This document shows, piece after piece, positions 20,019 through 29,265 of a stretch of 64,000 nt of DNA. The first letter of the stretch is position 1; every line of letters starts with the position of its first letter. Source of the DNA: a virus (lineage: Duplodnaviria > Caudoviricetes); IMG/VR virus record IMGVR_UViG_2840851631_000003, positions 2,429 to 66,428 of that record. One strand, written 5' to 3'. A program made the position numbers and the translations under genes. The notes below the pieces were generated by a model that saw only the letters and a program-made list of their open reading frames with translations, searched no databases and was not told the DNA's origin.

Positions 20019-20186
20019 TCAATGCCGCTTGCGGTAGTGATCGTTCGTCGACTTGTTCTTGTAGTGGCCACCCTTGTGTGAGGAGCCTTTGCCGCCGGCG
20101 TAGTGTCCACCGCCGTGCTTGCCGGCGAAGGAGACAGCAGGAACGGAAAGCGCCAGGGCAGCGATCAGCAAGAGAGCTTTTTTCAT
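20019..20186 (-). CDS. 55-aa secreted Gly/His/Lys-rich peptide (not in the ORF track)
   Basis: Hand translation: MKKALLLIAALALSVPAVSFA-GKHGGGHYAGGKGSSHKGGHYKNKSTNDHYRKRH. Confidence 0.75.
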   Translation of the reverse strand: MKKALLLIAALALSVPAVSFAGKHGGGHYAGGKGSSHKGGHYKNKSTNDHYRKRH

Positions 20187-20284
20187 CTTTATTGTCCTGT
20201 TGGGTCAAGGAGTCGTCATTATGACATTGACAATGACATCCATCCAGCATATAGCTTGGGAACCTTGCTCAACAGGACAACAAC

Positions 20285-20572
20285 ATGCTCAGGCCAATCG
20301 CTCTCGCCCTCTCCGCCCTCTTACTCGCCGCCGGTTCGGCCAGCGCCAAGCCGATGTCGGATCAGCAGATCAAGCGCGCGATCATCAAGGAGTCCATCGA
20401 GTCCTACTACGGCAACTGCCCGTGCCCGTACAACACCGCGCGCAATGGCAGCTCATGTGGGCGCCGCAGCGCGTACAGCCGGCCCGGTGGCGAGGCTCCC
20501 ATCTGTTACGAGAAGGATGTGACGAAGGAGATGGTGAGGGAGTACAGGGAAAGAGTTAAATCATCTGATTAA
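20285..20572 (+). CDS. Small secreted Cys-rich protein
   Basis: Signal peptide plus CPCPY...CGRRSAYSRPGG..PICY. Confidence 0.8.
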   Translation: MLRPIALALSALLLAAGSASAKPMSDQQIKRAIIKESIESYYGNCPCPYNTARNGSSCGRRSAYSRPGGEAPICYEKDVTKEMVREYRERVKSSD

Positions 20573-20605
20573 CTTGAACAGTAACACTTAACAACAGAGA
20601 ATAAT

Positions 20606-21091
20606 ATGTACTGGTTTTCGCTTGCCCTAATTCCCATCGTATTGGTATATCAAGCAGCAGGATTCAACTCCCTTTCCAAGCCAATTTGGCTACTCATCAT
20701 TGGCGTATTAACTTGCATCACCTCTGTCATGATCACGTCAGTATTGGAAATTATTTATCCACTCGCTCAGAACACTGACAAGCCAAGCATCAAAGCAGCA
20801 ATTAACGTCTGCACGATATCAATCGGAGCAATGGGCGGCGGCATTTTATCGTGCGCTTTCATACAGCGCGCAAGAATTCTTCACTTCAGAGGAATTGACC
20901 ACGACAAAACAATGCTGAAATTCAACTTATCAGAGATATCTCAAATTGACTCACTGATTGAGTCATATCGTAACGAGAATAATGAAGACCACAAAGATAA
21001 AATTCTCCGCCTCATCATAGATAAAATTGAACTTAGAAGAGAAATTTCCAAATTGGAGAAAAGCATACTCAGGAAAGAGCCCGCTGCTTAA
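20606..21091 (+). CDS. AT-rich membrane protein (moron)
   Basis: Three hydrophobic N-terminal segments and a charged C-terminal helix. Confidence 0.7.
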   Translation: MYWFSLALIPIVLVYQAAGFNSLSKPIWLLIIGVLTCITSVMITSVLEIIYPLAQNTDKPSIKAAINVCTISIGAMGGGILSCAFIQRARILHFRGIDHDKTMLKFNLSEISQIDSLIESYRNENNEDHKDKILRLIIDKIELRREISKLEKSILRKEPAA

Positions 21092-21100
21092 GTCATAGAC

Positions 21101-21502
21101 TTATGCCCCCACCAACAACGCTATAATCGCCCGCGACCGCGCCTCATCATCCTGCATCTGCTCAGCCAACAGCGCGCCATCATCCATGGCTTGGACCTCC
21201 AGATAGTCGAGGTCCAACTGCTTGAGCAGCATCACCTCCCAGACGCGGGGCCGGCGCGCGAGAAGCCTCTCCCACGCGCCAATGTCACCGTAGCTCAGCG
21301 GCTGCGGGCCGTAGCCCGACGACTGGCGGCCGGCGGACAACTCGCAGAACCAGCCCCACAGGTAGGACACCTCCGGGGCCAACTGCAGCGGGTTGCCGTG
21401 GCCGCGGCGCCTCAGCGACTCGCCATCCTTCAGCCGCTTGTCGAGCCGGAACTCTCGCCCGGCGTAGGCTCGGACGGCGTCGGCAGCGGCTTGATGAAAT
21501 TT
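21101..21502 (-). CDS. Tail assembly chaperone gpT part, reached by -1 frameshift
   Basis: The -1 frame from the slippery site is open: ...AYAGREFRLDKRLKDGESLRR...PEVSYLWGWF. Confidence 0.75.
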   Translation of the reverse strand, partial: KFHQAAADAVRAYAGREFRLDKRLKDGESLRRRGHGNPLQLAPEVSYLWGWFCELSAGRQSSGYGPQPLSYGDIGAWERLLARRPRVWEVMLLKQLDLDYLEVQAMDDGALLAEQMQDDEARSRAIIALLVGA

Positions 21503-21897
21503 GCGAGCTCTCCGCTCTCGGCGAGGATGGCATCCCGAATCCAGGGTGCCTTCTGCAGCAGCGCGCGCGCCTCGCTGGCGCTGAACTGCAAGGGCTCACC
21601 GCCACGCACCAGGCCTTCCCAGCCGGCCAGCCGCGCCACGGCCAGGTCCAGCAGCAGCGCCTCGCGTTCGTCGTAGAGCAGCGGCTCCGGAGCTTCCTTG
21701 CCGGCGGCCTTGGCCTCGGCGAAGCGCTTCACGTCGTTGTCGTGCATCTTGCGTCGCAGCGCCTTCACGATTTCCGCTTCGTCCGACAGGACGCCCAGCC
21801 GCGCACCAGTCGGGGCGCCGGTGACGTAGTGCTTCAGATCAAACCAGTGGATCTTGTCGCCGACGACCAGGTCGTCGTCCAGTACATCGAGAGCCAT
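21430..21897 (-). CDS. Tail assembly chaperone (gpG-like)
   Basis: Lies after the tail tube gene; ends with a slippery heptamer. Confidence 0.8.
   Translation of the reverse strand: MALDVLDDDLVVGDKIHWFDLKHYVTGAPTGARLGVLSDEAEIVKALRRKMHDNDVKRFAEAKAAGKEAPEPLLYDEREALLLDLAVARLAGWEGLVRGGEPLQFSASEARALLQKAPWIRDAILAESGELANFIKPLPTPSEPTPGESSGSTSG
21496..21502 (-). other. Programmed -1 ribosomal frameshift site A-AAT-TTC
   Basis: XXXYYYZ heptamer in the correct codon phase at ELANF. Confidence 0.8.
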
Positions 21898-21906
21898 GCT
21901 TTCCCC

Positions 21907-22320
21907 TTATGCCCAGGTCACTGCGCCGGAAATGCTCAACGTGGCAGAGCCCTTCAGAACCGCATCCACCCCGCCCTTCAGGTCGAAGGACATGACTAGT
22001 GCGGAAAAGGTGGCCGATTTGCCGTTGGGCAGCTCCAGCTTGAAGCGCCGAGGTTGATCTTCGTTCTGGGCCGCATCGAGCAGCAGTTGGCCCGGGTCAT
22101 CCAGAACCCGGTTCAGTTCGAACTGGAAGCCGCCATTGTCCTTCAGGCCCTTGCGCTTCTCTTTCGCAGTGGAATCCAACGTGGTGACGTCCAATTCAGA
22201 CGCCTTGCCATCGAAACCACTGTAGGACTGGATTTCCTTGATCTGGACAAAGCTAGGCTTGTCGCCGGCGCTCTCGATGCTCAGCTTGGAGCCTTGGGCG
22301 GAAATTGCATTGGATGGCAT
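21907..22320 (-). CDS. Major tail tube protein
   Basis: AISAQGSKL, ELDVTTLDSTAKE..KGLKDNG. Confidence 0.9.
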   Translation of the reverse strand: MPSNAISAQGSKLSIESAGDKPSFVQIKEIQSYSGFDGKASELDVTTLDSTAKEKRKGLKDNGGFQFELNRVLDDPGQLLLDAAQNEDQPRRFKLELPNGKSATFSALVMSFDLKGGVDAVLKGSATLSISGAVTWA

Positions 22321-22358
22321 GTCGCCTCCTCAAAATGATAAAGCCCGCTCGAGGCGGA

Positions 22359-22751
22359 CTAAATGGTGGAATATCGAATGGTGACAGGGACGATCCGGCT
22401 CACTCCGTCTGGTATCGGCGGGCCAATGGCTGGCTGGCGTACCAAGCGCGCGCCGCCCAGCACATCGCCAGCTGGATACAGCGCCTGCAAGGCCTCAGCC
22501 AGCTTCTCGGCCTGCCGCGGCCCCTTTCCTTGAGGAGCGCAGACGTTGATCTGGTACAGCCCGATCTCACATGCGCCGTACTCCAGGTTCACCGTCTCAC
22601 CGTCGGCAGGCAGCAGGAAGGCGCGCAGGTAGAGGCCATCCGCCGGCGGCGTGAACTCGACGTTCTCCCATGCCACAGGCAGCGCCTGGCCCTTTGCCCA
22701 ATCGGCAAGACGCCTCTCGAACGCCGCACGAATTGTGGTCAGAGACACCAT
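22359..22751 (-). CDS. Tail terminator protein (DUF4128-like)
   Basis: VAWENVEFTPP, GLYQINV, VPVTIRY; gene order. Confidence 0.8.
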   Translation of the reverse strand: MVSLTTIRAAFERRLADWAKGQALPVAWENVEFTPPADGLYLRAFLLPADGETVNLEYGACEIGLYQINVCAPQGKGPRQAEKLAEALQALYPAGDVLGGARLVRQPAIGPPIPDGVSRIVPVTIRYSTI

Positions 22752-23131
22752 TACCTCCCATAGTGCGATGAGATTTCAGCGAGCGTCAGGCGAACCATGC
22801 CGGCCGGTGCCTGCTTGGACCAGCCGTACTCCAGCTTGACCGCGTACGGCATTGGGTTCACCAGCCACGCATTCACGCCGACGATCTTCGTGCTCAACAC
22901 ACGCGCCACGTCCGCATAGGCGTCAATGCCGGATTGGGTCGGCGCCCGTGGTATCGCCGCCGGCAGCGCGCCGAAGCCAACCGTCCAGCTGTTACGGAAT
23001 GCGCCAGTATCGACAGGCGACTTCAGCACCACCTTGTTGAAGGCTTCAAACACGATCTTGCGCGCCACCACGTCCATGTTGCCCTTGGCCTTGGCTACGA
23101 TGCGGGTCAGGTCTACGGAGAACTGCCCCAT
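22751..23131 (-). CDS. HK97 gp10-like neck protein
   Basis: SPVDTGAFRNSW, LEYGWSKQAPAGMVR. Confidence 0.85.
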   Translation of the reverse strand: MGQFSVDLTRIVAKAKGNMDVVARKIVFEAFNKVVLKSPVDTGAFRNSWTVGFGALPAAIPRAPTQSGIDAYADVARVLSTKIVGVNAWLVNPMPYAVKLEYGWSKQAPAGMVRLTLAEISSHYGR

Positions 23132-23490
23132 CAGCGCCTCACGTGCAGGTCGTAGAGAATCGGCACGCCGTCAGGACCGACCTCCTTCACGCCTTCGATG
23201 CGGTATCGCCGGTCGCGCGCCAGTGTGATGAACTGTCCTGGCTCAGGGGGGAACTTGGGGACAGAGAGCAGCACACGCTTGTCTCCGGCCTTCACCAGGC
23301 CTGCGGCGAAGAGCTGGCCTGAGGACTGCAGATCAAATTCCAACTCCGCGCCTGGTACCGTATCGGTCTCCACGGTCTCGGCTTCGCCGCCCTGCTCCGG
23401 GTCGTACCCGCCAGCGACGCGGCGCTCGATCTTCACGTCCTGGCCGTCTTCGCGCAGATCCGCGGCGATCTCTTCCGCCTCAGTCATCAC
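23131..23490 (-). CDS. Head-closure / head-tail joining protein
   Basis: Gene order; GDKRVLL motif. Confidence 0.7.
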   Translation of the reverse strand: MMTEAEEIAADLREDGQDVKIERRVAGGYDPEQGGEAETVETDTVPGAELEFDLQSSGQLFAAGLVKAGDKRVLLSVPKFPPEPGQFITLARDRRYRIEGVKEVGPDGVPILYDLHVRR

Positions 23491-23945
23491 CCTCTCCTAA
23501 GTCGAACTTGACCGCCGCCGGCCAGCAGGGGCCGCAGCAGCGCATCAACGACCGGGAAGCGGCTTCCGCCGGCCTGAGCGTATTCCTTCTTGATCGGCCC
23601 GATGGTTTTGGAAACCAGCACCCGGCCATCCGAGTCCGCAAATAGCTCACCCTTCAGCGCACGCAGCGCCAGCTCTGCCTGTGCGTCTTTGAGTGCCTTC
23701 GGCACACCAAGCGGCTGCCGCGGCCATTCCAGCACCTGGGTCGCCGTCAGCCTGCAACCGGCGAACCGGTAACGCCCGTCGAGATACTGCACCGCACGCC
23801 GGAGCGCCGCCGACTTGGCCACCTCGTCACCAGACCAGCCAGCATTGCCGATGGCGGCGTGGTAATCGTCGGCCTCGGTCACGGAGATATAGCTCTGCGC
23901 GTCCGGTTGTCCCGTGCCGTTTTCTACGATCAGCGCCATGCTCAC
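23487..23945 (-). CDS. Head-tail connector (DnaT-like domain)
   Basis: LIVENGTG..DAQSYISV, QVLEWPR. Confidence 0.8.
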   Translation of the reverse strand: MSMALIVENGTGQPDAQSYISVTEADDYHAAIGNAGWSGDEVAKSAALRRAVQYLDGRYRFAGCRLTATQVLEWPRQPLGVPKALKDAQAELALRALKGELFADSDGRVLVSKTIGPIKKEYAQAGGSRFPVVDALLRPLLAGGGQVRLRRG

Positions 23946-23957
23946 CTCCCAGCTCGG

Positions 23958-24266
23958 TTACACGCCCTCGCCCACGGCATCAGCGAGCTCAGTGGCGGCA
24001 GCATCACCAGCAGCTTGATCAGCAGCAGCATTCTCGACACCTTTCTTCTTGCCCTTGGCAGGCTTGGCATCAAGTGCCGTCTCCAGAACCTCGAAGCGCT
24101 CGGCATAAGCCGCCGGCACGTCGCCAGCGACGGCATCGCACAGCTCGATGGCATCGCCCGGCCAGTAGGCCAAGGAATCGCGGATGGTCAGCCGCTCTTT
24201 CGCGGCAATCTCACGCTGCTCCTTCGTCGCCGGGCCGGCGATAAACCAGAGGATTTTCTTGCTCAT
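23958..24266 (-). CDS. Hypothetical head-associated protein
   Basis: 102-aa ORF directly after the major capsid gene. Confidence 0.7.
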   Translation of the reverse strand: MSKKILWFIAGPATKEQREIAAKERLTIRDSLAYWPGDAIELCDAVAGDVPAAYAERFEVLETALDAKPAKGKKKGVENAAADQAAGDAAATELADAVGEGV

Positions 24267-24299
24267 GTAAACTCCCTGAAGGGCCGAAGCCCCTCGCAG

Positions 24300-25262
24300 T
24301 TACTTGGTGGTCAAGATGACACCCGCGGTGTCCTTGTGGCTGGTAGCGGTCTGATCCCAGTTCGAGCCGGTGCCGATGGCGGTATTGGTCGGCGACTTGC
24401 CGCCGTTAGCCATGTCCCAGGTGTAACCGGCAATGCCCAGGTTGTAGGACCACTCGGCCTGATAGGTCGCGCCAATGTTCTCGGTGCCAACCTTCGGCAC
24501 GATGACGCTGTTGAAGTCATCGTTGCCGCTGACCACGACGCCGTTGCCAACCAGGCCGAGCGTACGGAACTTCGGATCGGCGTTGGCAGCACCCGGCACG
24601 ACCAGCGCTTCCGAGTCGGTCACCACGAACAGGCGACCGAACGGGTCGCGCAGGACATTCACGCCGTCGTAGGAGAAGAGGCGTTCGGTGTTGGCCAGCG
24701 CGTTGTCGTACAGCTTGCTCAGCGTGGACGAATGCAGCACCCACGCCAGGATGGCGCTGGAGCGATCGCCAAACTTGAACGACGCCTTGTTGAGCAGGCG
24801 GAACGAAGGATCTTCGGTGCCGTCGCCGGTCGAGACGGCCGCATTACCCGACAGCGCCGCCACGGCGCCGCGGATGCCGGTATCCAGCATGTCAGCCACG
24901 CGGGCCTTGGCCAGCTGCTCGCCGATCTTCAGCGCGGCAAGCTCGGGGTTCTGCAGCACCCACTGGTATTGGGCCGGCTCGTAGTCGATCGGCGGCGTGC
25001 CAGCGGCGACCTTCACCGAGGCGTTCAGCAGCTGTTGCAGACGCTTGGACTCCACCGCTGCGTTGCTGTAGACGTTCCGGCGACGCACCAAGCCGGAAAT
25101 GGCCTTGAAGCTGGCGGTGATGTCGAAATCACCGGACACCGGGGCGTTCTGCAGCACGATGGTGCCTTGGGACGCTTCGTTGAACTTGTTGACCTCGTTG
25201 GCGACCGTCTCGGTGATGGTCAGGTAGGTCTGCTTGTTGAAAACCTGCAGGTCAAATGCCAT
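24300..25262 (-). CDS. Major capsid protein
   Basis: 320 aa after the scaffold; FNEASQGTI, GYTWDMANGGKSPT. Confidence 0.85.
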   Translation of the reverse strand: MAFDLQVFNKQTYLTITETVANEVNKFNEASQGTIVLQNAPVSGDFDITASFKAISGLVRRRNVYSNAAVESKRLQQLLNASVKVAAGTPPIDYEPAQYQWVLQNPELAALKIGEQLAKARVADMLDTGIRGAVAALSGNAAVSTGDGTEDPSFRLLNKASFKFGDRSSAILAWVLHSSTLSKLYDNALANTERLFSYDGVNVLRDPFGRLFVVTDSEALVVPGAANADPKFRTLGLVGNGVVVSGNDDFNSVIVPKVGTENIGATYQAEWSYNLGIAGYTWDMANGGKSPTNTAIGTGSNWDQTATSHKDTAGVILTTK

Positions 25263-25271
25263 GTTGGTTCC

Positions 25272-26012
25272 TTATTTTGCGTGTGCTTGGAGGTACGCGA
25301 CGCGCTCGGCATCGGTCTTGCAGTCGGCCAGGCTCTTGGCGCCGCTGGAGCTGCCGCCGCCGGCATTGCCGCCCGATCCACTGCCGGACGAGCCGGTGCT
25401 TTTCAGGATGCTGTCCTTGTGCGGGTAGCTGTCGATCAGCGTTTCCAGCGCCTCGTCGAACCCGGCCAACTCGCCCGGCTTGACTCGGCTGTACAGCTTG
25501 CTGCCGTTGGAGTCGTAGGCGACGACCTTGCCGTCCTCGACCTTGAAGCGCTGGCCGAAGAAGGACTGCGCGATATCGGCCGGAATGGCCAGCTTCTCGG
25601 CGACGGTCTTGGAGCGGGCGAAGGAGCCGCCGATCAGCTCGTTGTACAGCTGGCCTTGCAGCTTGGTCAGCTCATCTTCCTTGCCCTTCAGCCTGCCTTC
25701 GTAGGCTGCAGCCAGTTCGGCCTTGACCTTCTCCGCCTCGCCGGCATCGATCAGCTTCTTGTCGTCCAGGTTCTTGATGGTCTGGAGCGCTTTCAGCGCT
25801 GCCGCCGGGTCTTCGATGCCTTCGAACTTCTTGGCCAGCGCCTCGGCGGCCTCGCGCGCCTCGCGATGCGATTTGGCCTCACCGTTCAGCTGGGCGATTT
25901 TCTGCATCGCTGCACCCGCGTCGAACGGGATTTCCTTCCCGTCGTCGTGGATGTAGACCGGTTTGCCATCGGCCAGCACAACGTTGCCGTTCTCGTCGAG
26001 TTTCAGTTTCAT
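25272..26012 (-). CDS. Capsid scaffolding protein (DUF6651-like)
   Basis: MKLKLDENG..VLADGKPVY, coiled coil, Gly/Ser-rich C-terminus. Confidence 0.85.
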   Translation of the reverse strand: MKLKLDENGNVVLADGKPVYIHDDGKEIPFDAGAAMQKIAQLNGEAKSHREAREAAEALAKKFEGIEDPAAALKALQTIKNLDDKKLIDAGEAEKVKAELAAAYEGRLKGKEDELTKLQGQLYNELIGGSFARSKTVAEKLAIPADIAQSFFGQRFKVEDGKVVAYDSNGSKLYSRVKPGELAGFDEALETLIDSYPHKDSILKSTGSSGSGSGGNAGGGSSSGAKSLADCKTDAERVAYLQAHAK

Positions 26013-26083
26013 GCGTGGATTTCCATCCTGTGAGTTGCGGCTTTCCAGCCAAGAGCACCGCGTCACATCCGTTCAGCGGCAGA

Positions 26084-26144
26084 AATGAAAAAGCCCCAGC
26101 GATTGCTGGGGCCAGGAAGCAGAAAACCCGCCATGTGGCGGGTT
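26084..26144 (-). terminator. Two tandem hairpins after the moron, upstream of the scaffold gene
   Basis: GCCCCAGC/GCTGGGGC and AACCCGCCA/TGGCGGGTT stems with A-tracts. Confidence 0.65.
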
Positions 26145-26167
26145 CTTGGTTCAGTGTCTAAACGTAG

Positions 26168-26452
26168 TTAGCCTTGTTTGGTTTTCTTCGTAGCCAAGAT
26201 AGCTCGATTGACAATGTAGGCCAGGCCAAAAATAAAAACAGCCCAGAATAACAAGTTAAAAGTTAATCTAATTCCCTGATCAATTAACTCCTCTTGGGAA
26301 AAAGAGCTGACCCTGAAGATCAGACGACTTAAAAGCAGCAATACTACAATTGGATATGTGAACTTCAATATCCTCTTTGAAACATGTTTTGCGACAGTGT
26401 GGTTTGACATTGATGCGCTCGCCAAAAAATTTACATGGCATTTTATTGCCAT
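26168..26452 (-). CDS. AT-rich 2-TM moron protein
   Basis: Two hydrophobic segments; AT-rich. Confidence 0.5.
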   Translation of the reverse strand: MAIKCHVNFLASASMSNHTVAKHVSKRILKFTYPIVVLLLLSRLIFRVSSFSQEELIDQGIRLTFNLLFWAVFIFGLAYIVNRAILATKKTKQG

Positions 26453-26487
26453 TCGCTCGGGCTTTCCAGCCCAAGCTGTAAATCAAC

Positions 26488-26766
26488 TCAGTAGGTCGTC
26501 ATCTTGCCGTTGGCCAAGCAGGCCACGCACACCTTCACTCGTGTCGTACCTTTGACGCCTCGACTGGCCGGTCCTTGCTGGGCGTAGAACCATGTCGAGC
26601 CCGAACAGGCCGGACAGTAGTCGTCGCAAAGCGGCCGGCGCCGCGGATCGGATGGTGAGTTCTCGGCTATCTGGCGCGCGGCATCCGCCTCGAAAAGCGC
26701 TTCGGGCGTTTCCGGGGGCTGAGGCGGGCCGGGCAAGATGCCCAGCTGTTTGAGGAGCTCGTTCAC
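26488..26766 (-). CDS. Hypothetical zinc-ribbon protein
   Basis: CPAC and CVAC motifs; GTG start inferred. Confidence 0.55.
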   Translation of the reverse strand: MNELLKQLGILPGPPQPPETPEALFEADAARQIAENSPSDPRRRPLCDDYCPACSGSTWFYAQQGPASRGVKGTTRVKVCVACLANGKMTTY

Positions 26767-26773
26767 CCCACAA

Positions 26774-27847
26774 TTATACCAACCCAGCCGCCTCAAATGC
26801 CGCCTTGTTGCGCTTTCTCAGCTCGTCGAGCGTGTACTCGTGGCCACTGGCGTCCGTGAATCGATCCAGGCTCACGCCGCCGGCGCGGTAGAGCTGCCCC
26901 TTGGTCTTCCCCAGCACTTCGTCTTGCATCGTCGCCGGCTGCTGCCGTAGCCAATCGCTGTAGCTCAGCTCTTCCGGCACCTGTCCGTTGAGGCTGGCGC
27001 GCGTTGATACCGGCAGTTCGGCCATGTCTATGCCCAGCTCTTGCCAGGACTTCAGCACGAACACAACAGCTGACCGGCAGTTCATGTGCGCCGGCGGGCG
27101 CGGGCCAGAGTCGATCGGGTAGATCTTTCCGTCGCGGCTGCGGCAGATACTGGACGTCCGCATGTCCAGTGTCGAAACCCACTTCACGCCGGCGATCAGA
27201 TCGGCGTTGGCATTGGCCACGTGCTGACGGCTGAAATTTGCGTAGTGATTGACGGCAGTCCGGGCGATGGCTTCCGCTGCGCGCCGATCAGTTTCGATCA
27301 GTCCATCCGCGTAGCCCATAGCGCGCGTGCCGCGGATGCGCTGAACGATCTTGGCGACTGGCTCGCCCTCAAGAAAGCCCATTCGCAGCGCGTCGCGCAG
27401 TCGGGCGGCCTTGCCCTCCTCCAGTCCCTCGAACCACTCGCGCAGCAACCTGCCCTGCATCGGCCTAGCCATCGCGGCGGCATAGGCCGTCTCCGGCGCG
27501 ACGCTGGCGACGCTGACCTGTACCGGCAGCAGGCCGCGGAACAGATCGTGCTGCCATTGCATCTCGGACGCCACCAGGCCGGTCAAATCACCCTCCAGCG
27601 TGATCCTCGCCTGTTCGTAAGCAGCGCGGTTCAGCTGACGGACGGAACGCAATATCGCGTCCAGCCGCTGGACTGTGAACGTGTCCGCGTCCAGATCGGC
27701 CAACGCCAGTTGCAGCCGGGCGAACAAGTCAGCATCCGCCCGGTTGAGCAGCGCCATGATCTTGCGGACGACGTGCGAGCTGTAGCGGCCCAGGTCGATC
27801 TGATGCGCGATCAGCTGCAGCAGCTGCAGCTCATTGGCCGTCGCCAT
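26774..27847 (-). CDS. Minor head protein (SPP1 gp7 / MuF-like)
   Basis: AIARTAVNH, WVSTLDMRTSSIC, PPAHMNCRS. Confidence 0.9.
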   Translation of the reverse strand: MATANELQLLQLIAHQIDLGRYSSHVVRKIMALLNRADADLFARLQLALADLDADTFTVQRLDAILRSVRQLNRAAYEQARITLEGDLTGLVASEMQWQHDLFRGLLPVQVSVASVAPETAYAAAMARPMQGRLLREWFEGLEEGKAARLRDALRMGFLEGEPVAKIVQRIRGTRAMGYADGLIETDRRAAEAIARTAVNHYANFSRQHVANANADLIAGVKWVSTLDMRTSSICRSRDGKIYPIDSGPRPPAHMNCRSAVVFVLKSWQELGIDMAELPVSTRASLNGQVPEELSYSDWLRQQPATMQDEVLGKTKGQLYRAGGVSLDRFTDASGHEYTLDELRKRNKAAFEAAGLV

Positions 27848-29223
27848 TACATCGCCCCCAGCGGCGGCTGGCCGGCGCGGCGCTCCAGCTCATCCGCCCA
27901 GGTCAGCGACTCGGAAATCAACCCGCGGCGCTTGGCCTCGCTGAACATGGTTTCCGGAGACAGGCCCATCTTGACCAGCACGTCCATTGACGCGGACGGG
28001 TCGAAGTCGGCGTCGATGTTGCCACTAATTTCCACCTCGCCGCCATTGTCGCCCAGGCCCATCCACATGGCGGTGTAGTCGAGCGCCTTGGCTATCGAGT
28101 CCTCCAGCGCGTTGGCCATGGCTCGCAGCTGGCTGATCTCCTTCAGCGACTCGCCGCGTGCCTGGCTGTCGGTCATCGCCAGCACCGAGCGGGTGAGCAA
28201 CTTGGCGCCGGCAACCTTCATCTGCTCCTCAAGGTCCGCCAACGACTCCTTGCCGGCGACGATGGCCGCGCCGGTATGCTCGACGTACTTCATGTCGCCG
28301 TTCAGCGGCAGGTCGATCAGGCTCTTTCCGATCTGCATGTCGTCGCGCTTGCGGCCCTCATGGTCGTACTGCGGCTCCGCGCCAATGCGCGCCAGGATCG
28401 GAACGCGCGCCGTGTGCAGGATCGTGTCTTGGTCGGACTGCGACTGCCAGTGCTTGACGTTCAGATGCGCCAGCTCCAGCAGCGGCGGCTTGCCGGTCAG
28501 AAAGCCTGTGCGCTTGGTGTACAGCGGGATCAGCGGGATATCCTTCAGCGGCCCGCTGCCGGCGGTCATCTCGAACTCATCGCATAATGACCAGTCAGCG
28601 CCAGCCTCTCGATACAGCCGGCAGCGTCCAGGTTCCAGAACCACGATCTGCTTGATGACCTTTACCCCGAACTCGCCGTCCGGTTCCTCGATCTGCTCGA
28701 GGTAGCGAAACTGGACAAGTCGCTCGCTGCCTCCGGATTTATCCGTCTTCCAGCCCAGCACGGACTTGGGCGAGATGTGGCACCAGTACGGACGCGCGCC
28801 GGCTGCCTTCTCGTCCGCCATCGTGCGGGCGCCCTCGACTCGAGGGTAGTTGACCAGCAAGTAGGACACGCCGCGCTGCAGCGCCTCGCCGAACCAGGCG
28901 GCGGCGAACACGTCGAGGCTGCGGCCTTCGCGATCCACATTCAGCAGTACCTCATCCTCGATCCGCTGCGGCACGTCCTTGCGACTGATCTGGTCCCCGA
29001 AAACGCGGCCAATCATCTGCTCCACCGTCTCCGACAGCGCCGGGTAGAGCGTGGCGGTTTTCAGGCGCGCGTCGTACTCCTGCCGGTCCTCCAGCGGCCA
29101 GCGCGGCATGAACATCTCGCCCGCGGCACGCATGGCTTTAGTGCCGCCCATCAGCGCGTCGATGATCGGCCAGTCCTCGGCCATGGCTTTGATGGCCGGC
29201 GATTGAGTGCTGACGTCTGACAT
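27847..29223 (-). CDS. Portal protein (DUF4055)
   Basis: 458 aa after TerL; PPLLELAHLNVKHWQSQSD. Confidence 0.88.
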   Translation of the reverse strand: MSDVSTQSPAIKAMAEDWPIIDALMGGTKAMRAAGEMFMPRWPLEDRQEYDARLKTATLYPALSETVEQMIGRVFGDQISRKDVPQRIEDEVLLNVDREGRSLDVFAAAWFGEALQRGVSYLLVNYPRVEGARTMADEKAAGARPYWCHISPKSVLGWKTDKSGGSERLVQFRYLEQIEEPDGEFGVKVIKQIVVLEPGRCRLYREAGADWSLCDEFEMTAGSGPLKDIPLIPLYTKRTGFLTGKPPLLELAHLNVKHWQSQSDQDTILHTARVPILARIGAEPQYDHEGRKRDDMQIGKSLIDLPLNGDMKYVEHTGAAIVAGKESLADLEEQMKVAGAKLLTRSVLAMTDSQARGESLKEISQLRAMANALEDSIAKALDYTAMWMGLGDNGGEVEISGNIDADFDPSASMDVLVKMGLSPETMFSEAKRRGLISESLTWADELERRAGQPPLGAM

Positions 29224-29265
29224 GCTGCCTCCTGCGGGGTAGTAGAAAGCCCGCTCAGCGGCGGG

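Noticed and set aside
27141-27150. 10-nt match (CGGCAGATAC) to the start of mini-array spacer 1 inside the gp7 gene
   Set aside because: Ten bases in a GC-rich 64-kb window is compatible with chance; the match stops there and the flank is CTG, not an AAG-type PAM.
26774-27847. MuF polymorphic-toxin fusion
   Set aside because: The protein ends shortly after the gp7 domain, with no toxin extension.
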